Below are positions 10,650 to 19,436 of a DNA stretch of 64,000 nucleotides, in pieces. The stretch's first letter is position 1; every line of letters begins with the position of its first letter. The translations under genes were made by a program, and so were the position numbers. The stretch spans positions 62,001-126,000 of the IMG/VR virus record IMGVR_UViG_3300019458_000020, one strand, 5' to 3'. The notes beneath the pieces are model-generated. The model was not told where the DNA came from, did not search any database, and saw only the letters and a program-made list of their open reading frames with translations.

Positions 10650-11359
10650 TAAAATTAAAATCTCTCATAAAAGAAGACACAGCATCATGGAAAGATATAA
10701 CCATAGATGATGTCGAAAGTTTATTGTCTTCAAGATGGGTAGATAGAGATTATTCATCTACGTTACGAACCATACAGGATTTTTATTACGATGATGATAA
10801 AAGTAAACAACAACTCATTGTGGAATACTTTGAGTTATTAAATTCGGTGGCTAAATTAGTAATTTCATTGACAAGAAATATTCCACATGTAGATGATAAA
10901 TATATAAAAAGATATCTCTTATCTCAGAATGAATTTCATACATCTCCAGAAGAATTTTTTCCTTTTCCTGTATATGTTTCGGCAACTCCTGGTGACGAAG
11001 ATACTATAGGTATAATGATTGATAAGAATGGAAAAGTATTAGAAATACATGAGGGCAACGATGAATCTTCCTCGGAAACAATCAATATGGTAAATAGAAT
11101 GGTCAATCCTTCCGGAAAAAAAGTAAGGATATATGGGTCACACGATACCAGACTTATTCACGATATTGATGAAAAGGGATACCTACCAAAAAATTTGTAT
11201 GTTTCTCCGGATAAAAATCATGCATCAGGGCATTTGGATTTAAAAGGAGAACGGTCGATGTTTTCGGGAATAATAGATATTAACGGAGTGAGTCAAGAAA
11301 GTGATTTGGATTGGAGAACAATGGATAAAATTAAAATTGAAAAGTTTAGATGGATATGA
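10646..11359 (+). CDS. MIKLK-leader protein; C-terminus possibly a degenerate ADP-ribosyltransferase fold
   Basis: MIKLKSLIKE; RIYGSHD...IDEKGYLP..LYVSPD resembles the ART H/G-G-Y/S strand pattern. Confidence 0.5.
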   Translation: MIKLKSLIKEDTASWKDITIDDVESLLSSRWVDRDYSSTLRTIQDFYYDDDKSKQQLIVEYFELLNSVAKLVISLTRNIPHVDDKYIKRYLLSQNEFHTSPEEFFPFPVYVSATPGDEDTIGIMIDKNGKVLEIHEGNDESSSETINMVNRMVNPSGKKVRIYGSHDTRLIHDIDEKGYLPKNLYVSPDKNHASGHLDLKGERSMFSGIIDINGVSQESDLDWRTMDKIKIEKFRWI

Positions 11360-12558
11360 TTAAGTTAAAAAACATTATACAAGAGGTTCACGAATATCAA
11401 CTCGGAGATGTAATAGTCGGATATATTGATGAAGATGGACACATTATTGCATCAGACAAAGTGAAGGGTCATTCGGTATTATTAGATAAACATCCTTCTT
11501 GGGGGTCGAGAAGAACATATCCTTGGAGATTTAATAAAATCATAAATACTTTGTTCTTTTGGTTTGATAACACACCTGAAAGTATAAAAGAAATGGTTGT
11601 AGATTACTTAAATACAAAAAAATTCAAAGTTAAATCTATTACAACAATTGATGATTTTTGGAGCGATGATCCAAGAAGAAAAAGGTCACTATATCATTCT
11701 CATGGTGGGTCCGGAACATTTGACATTTATAAAGATTTTGCAGAAGAAAATATAAAAGAGGCACCAATTGATACATTTCAAACGATAGGTGATTTTTCAA
11801 AGGGGTCATCTTTTACAAGTAAAGCAGATAGAGCATTGGTTACACATCCTGTAGCAGTGCAAAAAGTAAAAGATTTCTTTAAAAACACTACGGCTAATTT
11901 TGATTTTTATTTCGTTAATACTAAGGATGCAAGAAAATTTACCGAAGTTGGTGAAGTTAAGGAAGACTTCATTTATAAAGACCTTAAAATTCAACCATCT
12001 CAACTAAAAGATGGTAAGATAAATAAAGACAACATAACTGTATTTTTTACCAATAATAAGGGTGCCGAGCGTGCTCCACTAACGCCTTGGATAATGGGCC
12101 ATAGATTTGGTCATGTTGTAAGAAATCTATATTCGTGGAAAGAAGAACTCTCTCCTTGGGTAGAAAGACTATCAGAATATATTCTTGAAGATTATGGAAT
12201 CAAAAAAACTCACAAATGGCATAGCCGGGGGTCTTCAGTAAATAGAGAATATCAAATAGCCATGAGACATCTTTATGAAACCATAGGAACATTCAAAAGT
12301 GCCAGAGATAAAAATCTAAGAGATTATTTTGAATTTCATTATGAATTATTTACGCAGTATTTGAAAGATGGTTCGATAAAATTTAATTCTCTTCCTGATG
12401 TATTGATTGTGGGTCACGGATCATACGGTTCTAAAAAACAAAGACGGCTTTTGAATAGAGAATCAGCCGAAGAAAACTTAGATGAATTGTCTCGTGATTA
12501 TCATTATTATGCCGAAAATGTTTTAAGTGATTGTGTCGGGAAAATTTTTGTCATGTAA
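11356..12558 (+). CDS. MIKLK-leader two-domain hypothetical protein
   Basis: MIKLKNIIQE (ATGA overlap with upstream stop); N-terminal domain paralogous to the middle domain of the CCA ORF; internal IKE/APID junction; HRFGH motif. Confidence 0.6.
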   Translation: MIKLKNIIQEVHEYQLGDVIVGYIDEDGHIIASDKVKGHSVLLDKHPSWGSRRTYPWRFNKIINTLFFWFDNTPESIKEMVVDYLNTKKFKVKSITTIDDFWSDDPRRKRSLYHSHGGSGTFDIYKDFAEENIKEAPIDTFQTIGDFSKGSSFTSKADRALVTHPVAVQKVKDFFKNTTANFDFYFVNTKDARKFTEVGEVKEDFIYKDLKIQPSQLKDGKINKDNITVFFTNNKGAERAPLTPWIMGHRFGHVVRNLYSWKEELSPWVERLSEYILEDYGIKKTHKWHSRGSSVNREYQIAMRHLYETIGTFKSARDKNLRDYFEFHYELFTQYLKDGSIKFNSLPDVLIVGHGSYGSKKQRRLLNRESAEENLDELSRDYHYYAENVLSDCVGKIFVM

Positions 12559-12898
12559 TGAAACCAAAGTATGCAAAAACTAAGTGGGGAAGAATACAAT
12601 TTGGATACCACGAAGACACTGAAACCAGTAATTCGGTAAATGAAGGATGGGTTGTTGATAAAGTTACTGCACACTTAGAATGTTGAACCACCTTTTAGGA
12701 GTGGTGGAGTAGGTTTTGGTTTATATATTGCCGGAGCAAAGTGGAGGGCCGAACGGGGATGGTGTTACACGCATCGTCTCTTCAAAGCACTGAAGCAAAA
12801 AATCTTGGGATAGAATGAAAAGGTTGGGATTGCCGGTAAAAGAATATACGCCAAAATTGGATGTAAAAAAAATATGTCCGGATTATAGAGGAAAATAA
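12558..12898 (+). pseudogene. frameshifted GNAT acetyltransferase remnant
   Basis: Segments in successive frames join into a GNAT: MKPKYAKT...VTAHL / NVEPPFRSGGVGFGLY / GMVLHASSLQSTEAKNL / WDRMKRLGLPV...RGK*. Confidence 0.6.
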
Positions 12899-12900
12899 GT

Positions 12901-13305
12901 ATGATTAAACTTAAAACATTAATAACCAAAGACATCAAAAAGAGATATTCTGGAATTGAATTGGACAGTGAATCTCACGATCGATTGAAAGAGAAATTTG
13001 CGAAATACATTCCCGAAGGGTGGAAGGTTATTGCCCATCACATGACCATAGACCCGTCCAAAACTTTACCTGAAGAAGAGATTGGAAAAGAAGCAAAATT
13101 AAAGGTGACTCATATAGGAAAGAATGATAAAGCCATGGCCGTAAAAGTTTCAGGTTATGAAGGTAAAACCAATAACAAGTTTCCTCATGTTACATTGGCT
13201 GTTAATGATAAGGCCGGCGGAAAACCAAAAGATTCCAACGAAATAACGGAGTGGGATGATGTAAAAGAAGATATTTATCTTACGGGTATTATAAATAATC
13301 TATGA
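12901..13305 (+). CDS. 2H phosphoesterase (RNA-repair / cyclic phosphodiesterase type) with MIKLK leader
   Basis: Two HxT motifs: AHHMTID and FPHVTLAVN. Confidence 0.75.
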   Translation: MIKLKTLITKDIKKRYSGIELDSESHDRLKEKFAKYIPEGWKVIAHHMTIDPSKTLPEEEIGKEAKLKVTHIGKNDKAMAVKVSGYEGKTNNKFPHVTLAVNDKAGGKPKDSNEITEWDDVKEDIYLTGIINNL

Positions 13306-13595
13306 TTAAACTAAATCATATAATAAATGAGGATAAACGACTATATCGTGGAGATTGTCGAACGATATTAGGTCAAGATGACTTATTTAATGATGCTACT
13401 CAAATGTCTGGTGCTATAGAAAATAGTGATAAAATAGACTATCATACTTTTGGGAATGAAGCCAATTTAACAGGTGCCCCAAGAATGTTTAAATTGAGAC
13501 TCCGAAGAAATACCGATAAATTTGATTTTGGAAAATATAAAGATTTGGTTTGGGCATACGATACAGAAACAGATATTCATTATTTCTTTTTATGA
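13302..13595 (+). CDS. MIKL-leader hypothetical protein
   Basis: MIKLNHIINE; ATGA overlaps on both sides. Confidence 0.6.
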   Translation: MIKLNHIINEDKRLYRGDCRTILGQDDLFNDATQMSGAIENSDKIDYHTFGNEANLTGAPRMFKLRLRRNTDKFDFGKYKDLVWAYDTETDIHYFFL

Positions 13596-14512
13596 TAAAA
13601 TTGTCAACATTATTAGAAGAAATAGAACAAGAAAAGGTCATTGCTGACAAAGTAAAACAATTGGAAGCAGACTTGGAAGCCCAATTTCCGCAAATTCAAG
13701 ACTTGCATTTATTTATTAAATCCAATGGTTCACTTTATATTCAATCGATTCGGATTAAACCAGAAGAAAGAAGAAAAGGAATAGGAAGTCAAATTATAGA
13801 TAAAATTAAAAAATTTGCTGACGGCCATAACTTAACTATTTCTCTAGCTCCTGAACCGGAGCCAAGATATAAAGAAAAACTTCACAAATTTTATAAGAGA
13901 CATGGATTCATTTTTAATAAAGGAAGACATAAAGATTGGCAATTATCAGAACCATTTTCATCTACAATGTATCGAAGACCCCAAAAGGAAGCTATGGATA
14001 CCTCTACTGTAATATCTTCACCAATGATACAACAATCGTTTGATCGTTCTTTCCTGAATTACATGAAAAATGTGGAAAATGGAATTCTTAAAGGATATGA
14101 TAGGAGTAAAAATCTGTGGTTTCCACACGAGTCTTATGAAGGCGGGCTTCCAACAATAGGGTATGGCCATAAGATAAAAACCAAAAACGAATTAAATAGA
14201 ATGAATCGTGGAGTAACCGATTCAGAAATAAATAGGATGTTGACACAAGATTTGGAAACTGCTAAAAAATCTGTCGAAGACTATATTGAAAAAAGATATA
14301 AAGTAAAGCTAATGTTGGAAAAAAATCAACAAGAAATGTTAGTTGATTTTGCATTCCATTTAGGTAGTCTTGATAAGTTCCCTGAATTTACTGAGGCTGT
14401 ATTAAAAAAAGATTGGAATACAGTAAAAAAAGAATATAAACGGCATGCTCGTGGAAAAGAGTTGACTGGTAGAAATGACTCGTTTTACCAACGATACCTT
14501 AAAAATTTATGA
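13592..14512 (+). CDS. GNAT + phage lysozyme (GH24-like) fusion with MIKL leader
   Basis: Likely start ATG 13592 (MIKLSTLLEE); IKPEERRKGIGSQII, KFYKRHGF (GNAT); KNVENG, PTIGYGHK, MLVDFAFHLG (lysozyme). Confidence 0.75.
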   Translation: MIKLSTLLEEIEQEKVIADKVKQLEADLEAQFPQIQDLHLFIKSNGSLYIQSIRIKPEERRKGIGSQIIDKIKKFADGHNLTISLAPEPEPRYKEKLHKFYKRHGFIFNKGRHKDWQLSEPFSSTMYRRPQKEAMDTSTVISSPMIQQSFDRSFLNYMKNVENGILKGYDRSKNLWFPHESYEGGLPTIGYGHKIKTKNELNRMNRGVTDSEINRMLTQDLETAKKSVEDYIEKRYKVKLMLEKNQQEMLVDFAFHLGSLDKFPEFTEAVLKKDWNTVKKEYKRHARGKELTGRNDSFYQRYLKNL

Positions 14513-15045
14513 TACACATTGCAAAATTAGTAACCGAAAAACGAAGTGAATCTTCCATAGATAAAGGATGTTTAATGGCTGATGTATCTCCTGAAATTTG
14601 TAAAAAGTTGGTAGAATTCGGGAAGAAAATTATTCCCGAATCCGATTTATATGTAGAGGGAGACGAGTTTGGAAGAGAATTAGAATGTCATATAACCGTT
14701 TTGTATGGTTTTACTAGAAACCTGACCGAATTAGAAGTTCGTAGAATAATAAACGGTGTAAAACCATTTACTATTAAACTTTCCGGTCTTAGTAAGTTTA
14801 CTCCACCTGAAAAATTTGAAGTAGTAAAGTTTGATGTAGAAAGTGAAATTCTTACTTCCTTAAATAAAAAATGTCAAGAACTTCCTTTTGAAAGTGATTT
14901 TCCAGATTATCATCCCCACTTGACTATAGCATACGTAAAAAAGGGAAAATTCAATCACACCAAAGAAGGATTATCTATAGAAATACCAATTAATAGATTT
15001 ACATATTCAACCGCCACAAAAGAAAAAACCTACTATAATTTATGA
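14509..15045 (+). CDS. 2H phosphoesterase, T4 gp57B/Acb1-like (putative anti-CBASS nuclease)
   Basis: GCLMA, GRELECHITVLYG and DYHPHLTIAYVKKG; leader MIHIAKLVTE. Confidence 0.75.
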   Translation: MIHIAKLVTEKRSESSIDKGCLMADVSPEICKKLVEFGKKIIPESDLYVEGDEFGRELECHITVLYGFTRNLTELEVRRIINGVKPFTIKLSGLSKFTPPEKFEVVKFDVESEILTSLNKKCQELPFESDFPDYHPHLTIAYVKKGKFNHTKEGLSIEIPINRFTYSTATKEKTYYNL

Positions 15046-15452
15046 TACTACTAAAAAATATAGTAGAAGATATTGAAGGCCCAATACCAGACGTGTTGTA
15101 TCATGCAACATTTAACGCATTAATTCCGTCTATATACAAAAAAGGAATAGTACCGTGTGGAGTAAAATATCAGAATTTTGAAGGATGTGAACGTGGTGTT
15201 TACATTTCCGATGATTACGGGTTTGCTGGAAGTATGATTGAAGGTGGGTCGGAAAATGAAGATATACCAGATGAGTGGTTCGATGAAATCGTAGTAATTA
15301 TTATAGACCCACAGAAAATTGATATGTCTAAATTAGAAAAAGACCCACATATTAATTTATCTGCCACGGAGGATGAAATAATTCCAAGGTCGTTTATTTA
15401 TAGGGGAATCATACCGTCGAATTCGTTTATTGAAGTCGTTGATTATCGTTAA
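15042..15452 (+). CDS. ADP-ribosyltransferase-fold protein (Tpt1/KptA-like) with leader
   Basis: LYHATF...SIYKKGIVP...GVYISDD...FIYRGIIP; leader MILLKNIVE. Confidence 0.65.
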   Translation: MILLKNIVEDIEGPIPDVLYHATFNALIPSIYKKGIVPCGVKYQNFEGCERGVYISDDYGFAGSMIEGGSENEDIPDEWFDEIVVIIIDPQKIDMSKLEKDPHINLSATEDEIIPRSFIYRGIIPSNSFIEVVDYR

Positions 15453-15499
15453 CATTGTCAAATATATAAATATTCTTATTTGAAAATTTATATTTATTC

Positions 15500-15874
15500 A
15501 TGAGTACTATTTGCTATAGATGGGGTTCTACAAACATATTGTGGAAAAATGCTAATTGGAAATGGTCGGAGTGTCAATTAGTAGTAGATATTATAGAGTA
15601 TCTACTGCCCGGTGTGGATGCTAGCAGTTTACTTTCTCCGTGGATGAGGAATAGGGAACAAGTAGTTGATGATGTTCCACCTTGGGAAAAGAGTAAAGAA
15701 AAGAAAGAGAGATTAATAAGATTAATCTGTAAAGTACAAGGTCAAGAAATAAATGAATCAAAAAAGGTAAACACCGACATCAAGATAAAAGCTAAAGATA
15801 TAAAGATGGTCATAAAAGCTATGTTGGATATTGACGTAGATGTAAACCGTTTGGAGAAAGACGACGATGTATAA
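15500..15874 (+). CDS. hypothetical (probably virion) protein
   Basis: Intact ORF, Trp-rich N-terminus, directly after a TATTTAT motif. Confidence 0.55.
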   Translation: MSTICYRWGSTNILWKNANWKWSECQLVVDIIEYLLPGVDASSLLSPWMRNREQVVDDVPPWEKSKEKKERLIRLICKVQGQEINESKKVNTDIKIKAKDIKMVIKAMLDIDVDVNRLEKDDDV

Positions 15875-16424
15875 ACTATATACCGATAAAAATGAATTGT
15901 TTGAGTGTGAAGTTTCCGTAAAGAATGCATCTCTCAAAAACTCCAAAGCCAGACTTATAATCGAATCTGAGGATTTAAACCTCGTTTTCAATGGAGAAAT
16001 AAAAGATGGTAAATGCCAAGTTCCTATTCGCAAATTGAATGGTATTTTACAAGAAAATACAAAAGGTAAAATGTCGTTGGAAATTATAGTAGAAAACACA
16101 TATTTTATTCCCTGGGAATCGAATTTTACTGTCGAAGAACATACATCCATTAAAGTTCAAGTAAAGGAACAAACAAGTTCTAAAAAACCTCTTGTAGAAA
16201 TAAAAATGAAGGAAGAAAAAGAAGAAAAAGTTTCTACCCCTCCAAATTTATCGAAGGTGGCAATCAACGAAGTATCGGTAATATGTGAAAGATTAGGAAT
16301 AACCAAATCAAATGTAAAAGATAAACGATCTGATTTTATCCAAATATTAAGAGAATATTTTAAATCTAATCCGGAATTTACTCAATACAGAAAGGAAATT
16401 GTTGCCACATATCTTTGTTCTTAA
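15867..16424 (+). CDS. hypothetical protein with beta-sandwich-like N-terminus
   Basis: MYKLYTDKNELFECEV...LEIIVENTYFIPW; translationally coupled to upstream ORF. Confidence 0.55.
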   Translation: MYKLYTDKNELFECEVSVKNASLKNSKARLIIESEDLNLVFNGEIKDGKCQVPIRKLNGILQENTKGKMSLEIIVENTYFIPWESNFTVEEHTSIKVQVKEQTSSKKPLVEIKMKEEKEEKVSTPPNLSKVAINEVSVICERLGITKSNVKDKRSDFIQILREYFKSNPEFTQYRKEIVATYLCS

Positions 16425-16439
16425 TAAGTTATATGCAAT

Positions 16440-17348
16440 ATGCCGCAATTTCCTTTAAGAGACTTCACTAATCAGTACATCTCGAATAGTTACCAAGATG
16501 TATTACAACAGTATTTGCCGAGTGGAGACACCCTCTATATCTTAGATGGATTAGGTAATGTAATTTTTTCTTTTCCTTCTTCTTCTTATGGTCAAGATGT
16601 ATTGACCAGTGACCGAAGTAGTTCCATGTCAGTAGCAACGGCATCTTATGCTTTATTTGCAGTAAGTTCTTCATTTACATCTACATCATCCTTAACATTA
16701 TTAACACAATCCAATGTAGCCATATCAGCATCATGGGCGTCTCAATCTTTAGTATCCATCAGTAGTAGTTGGGCTTCCCATTCATTATCATCCATAAGCA
16801 GTAGTTGGTCAGCGTTTTCGGTTTCTTCTAGTTTTGCATCGACAGGACCATTTACTACATTATTCACATCGTCAACATATCAAATTACATCCAGTTGGTC
16901 AAATAATTCAATATCATCTTCTTATGCGTTGACATCATCATTTGCTTTAAATGCTGCTGGTGGAACAAATTTAATAACAGGTTCGACCTATCCAATTACA
17001 TCTTCGTGGTCAAATAATGCAATTACGGCTAGTTATTTGATTTATCCTTCATCGTTAGTTTTGGCCCCAACGAACGGAACCGTGTCTATAGTTCAACAAA
17101 CAGCTAGTTTATTTAATAGTATATTCATAAATTACAATACGAATGATGGAAGAAATTTCAGAGCAGGTCAAGTAGTTGTAATATACAACACATCATCAGC
17201 AAATTTGAATGAAACTACTACCATAGATATAGGTAATAGTACTGGATTAACAATAGTAACAAATGTAAGTAATTCATTTGTAAATGTTTTGGCATCAAAT
17301 GCAACAGCAAATAATTACAATATAAAATTTCATTATGACATCCTGTAA
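16440..17348 (+). CDS. Ser/Thr-rich tail fibre-like protein
   Basis: SASWAS and STYQITSSW repeats; C-terminal domain (NFRAGQV) paralogous to 17381-18148. Confidence 0.65.
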   Translation: MPQFPLRDFTNQYISNSYQDVLQQYLPSGDTLYILDGLGNVIFSFPSSSYGQDVLTSDRSSSMSVATASYALFAVSSSFTSTSSLTLLTQSNVAISASWASQSLVSISSSWASHSLSSISSSWSAFSVSSSFASTGPFTTLFTSSTYQITSSWSNNSISSSYALTSSFALNAAGGTNLITGSTYPITSSWSNNAITASYLIYPSSLVLAPTNGTVSIVQQTASLFNSIFINYNTNDGRNFRAGQVVVIYNTSSANLNETTTIDIGNSTGLTIVTNVSNSFVNVLASNATANNYNIKFHYDIL

Positions 17349-17380
17349 AGATATTTAACTAAAGAGAATAGAATACAAAT

Positions 17381-18148
17381 ATGAATGAGTTTAAAGTAAA
17401 AAATGGTCTTATAGTAGAAGGACAAGCGGTTGCTCAAGGAGTAACGTCTTCTTTATTTGGAACGGCTAGTTGGGCACAACATACCATCTCATCATCCTAT
17501 TCCGAATTTGCAGTAACTTCGTCATTTGCTTTAAATTTTAACCCAAATGCTACAGCCTCTTACGCGATATTTGCTCAGACGGCTTCCTATCTAACTCCAG
17601 GAACTTATCAAATAACATCATCTTGGTCACTTAACGCAATTACTGCAAGTTTTCTCAATGGTAATGCTACAGGTTCTTTCTTTGGAACGGCTAGTTGGGC
17701 AACAAACGCAGTCAATACACAAACAGCAACCTCAGCATCATTTGCTTTATTTTCTAATGCATCATTATCGTCATCATGGGCCTCAGCCTCGATCAGTTCA
17801 TCCTTTGCATCAACATCAAGTTTCTTGAATGGATTTAATTTTGATAATACATCGTCGGTTTTACCACAAACATCATCATTGTTTGTTGTGGCACAAAAAC
17901 CAACGGGGTCATTTTTAGCAGCATTTTTCGATTACGCAGCAAACAGTGGAAGTAATATAAGAGCCGGAACAGTGTTCGGTGCATGGACAGACAATACAGC
18001 ATCGTATGCAGAGTATTGCACGGTTGATAGAGGAGACACGTCACAAGTAACTATGTCGTTAATTGTGACACAAAGTTTAGTTCAATTATTATCAACAGTA
18101 TCAACATCAGCAAATTGGACGATTAGAACTTTAGTGAGATATATCTAA
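17381..18148 (+). CDS. Ser/Thr-rich tail fibre-like protein
   Basis: MNEFKVKNGL N-terminus; FGTASWA repeats; FFDY...NIRAGTV C-terminal domain. Confidence 0.65.
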   Translation: MNEFKVKNGLIVEGQAVAQGVTSSLFGTASWAQHTISSSYSEFAVTSSFALNFNPNATASYAIFAQTASYLTPGTYQITSSWSLNAITASFLNGNATGSFFGTASWATNAVNTQTATSASFALFSNASLSSSWASASISSSFASTSSFLNGFNFDNTSSVLPQTSSLFVVAQKPTGSFLAAFFDYAANSGSNIRAGTVFGAWTDNTASYAEYCTVDRGDTSQVTMSLIVTQSLVQLLSTVSTSANWTIRTLVRYI

Positions 18149-18156
18149 AAAATAGA

Positions 18157-18186
18157 TATAAATTCTGGATAGTGAAGGAATTTATA
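18157..18186 (+). promoter_or_regulatory. conserved RNA hairpin (loop UGGAUAGUGAAG) just upstream of a start codon, copy 1
   Basis: Perfect 9-bp stem TATAAATTC/GAATTTATA, 4 nt before ATG 18191; 11 of the 12 loop nt recur at 20232. Confidence 0.6.
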
Positions 18187-18190
18187 AAAT

Positions 18191-18823
18191 ATGGCATTTG
18201 AATTCGTAGCCAAAAATGGTATAGTTAGTAAAGGAAATGTACAAGTTACAGGTTCCGTTACCGCTAATTCGTTTACAGGTTCCTTATTAGGTACTGCCTC
18301 CAACGCTATAAGTTCTTCTTACGCTTTGACCGCTTCTTTTGCTTTGACTTCTCCGGGAGGGTCGGGAACAACGTTATTTACTGCATCCACTTATCAAATA
18401 ACATCAAGTTGGTCAGAAAAATCGGTTGCTGCAATTTCTTCTTCATGGGCATCGGCCAGTTTATCAGCTAGTTGGGCACCCCCAATTCCATCCACGACTG
18501 CTATATCAGCAAGTTGGGCATCATCATCATTAAGTTCTTCTTTTGCAAACAGTATAGCTGGTAATAGCGGAATAGCCACAGTATTATTTACAACTAAGAC
18601 AAATAATATAGTTAGTGCCTCAGTAATAGGTCAAACAAATATTACAACAAATGCTATCATTCAAGCTACAATATATGCTAGTAATGATGATTTATTAGCA
18701 ACAGAATGGTCGCCGCCGGTTATTTATAATGTCATAAATGGGGTGGGTTTTTCTATTTATATTAGACCATTATACGGAATACATTCTGGATCAGTAGATG
18801 TATATTGGAGCTGGCGACCATAA
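18191..18823 (+). CDS. tail fibre-like protein, cassette 1 gene A
   Basis: MAFEFVAKNG; paralog of 20254-20703. Confidence 0.65.
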   Translation: MAFEFVAKNGIVSKGNVQVTGSVTANSFTGSLLGTASNAISSSYALTASFALTSPGGSGTTLFTASTYQITSSWSEKSVAAISSSWASASLSASWAPPIPSTTAISASWASSSLSSSFANSIAGNSGIATVLFTTKTNNIVSASVIGQTNITTNAIIQATIYASNDDLLATEWSPPVIYNVINGVGFSIYIRPLYGIHSGSVDVYWSWRP

Positions 18824-18830
18824 AATAATT

Positions 18831-19433
18831 ATGAGTATTAAAATAAACGGAGCAACATCCAATGCAAATGCAGAAGTAGATGCAATATCTAAAGCATTAA
18901 GAGTTACACTTTATGATGTTAATGGTGTCGCCATCGGACCTCGTGCAACATACGATGCAGCATCATCAGCATTCACGCCTGGAGCAACACCAACAGATGT
19001 ATTTACTCTAACCGGTTCAGGAACAAAAACGATACGTGTAACGAGAATAAGAGTTTCCGGCATCCAAACAACAACAGGAAATAATGCATTTTTCCTAATA
19101 AAAAGATCTTCCGCAAATACTGGTGGAACATCTGCTTCTGTAACTGCTGTACCTAGAGATAGTACAAATGCCGCTGCGACAGGCACAGTCTTACAATATA
19201 CAGCAAATCCAACATTAGGTGGAACGATTGGGTCAGTAAGATGTTCAAGACTATTTACGCCAGCCGCTGCCGCAGTAGCTGCTTCAGACACTATTATCTG
19301 GGACTTTGATGATTTTCAAACCGGTCCAGTCATACTTCGAGGAACCGGTCAAGTTTTAGCGGTTAATTTTAACGGTGCAGCATTACCAGCAGGTCTATCG
19401 TTACTCTGTTCAATTACTTGGACAGAGGAATAA
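18831..19433 (+). CDS. beta-rich virion protein, cassette 1 gene B
   Basis: Likely start 18831 (MSIKINGATSNANAEVD); ends ITWTEE; close paralog of 20713-21312. Confidence 0.65.
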   Translation: MSIKINGATSNANAEVDAISKALRVTLYDVNGVAIGPRATYDAASSAFTPGATPTDVFTLTGSGTKTIRVTRIRVSGIQTTTGNNAFFLIKRSSANTGGTSASVTAVPRDSTNAAATGTVLQYTANPTLGGTIGSVRCSRLFTPAAAAVAASDTIIWDFDDFQTGPVILRGTGQVLAVNFNGAALPAGLSLLCSITWTEE

Positions 19434-19436
19434 TTT

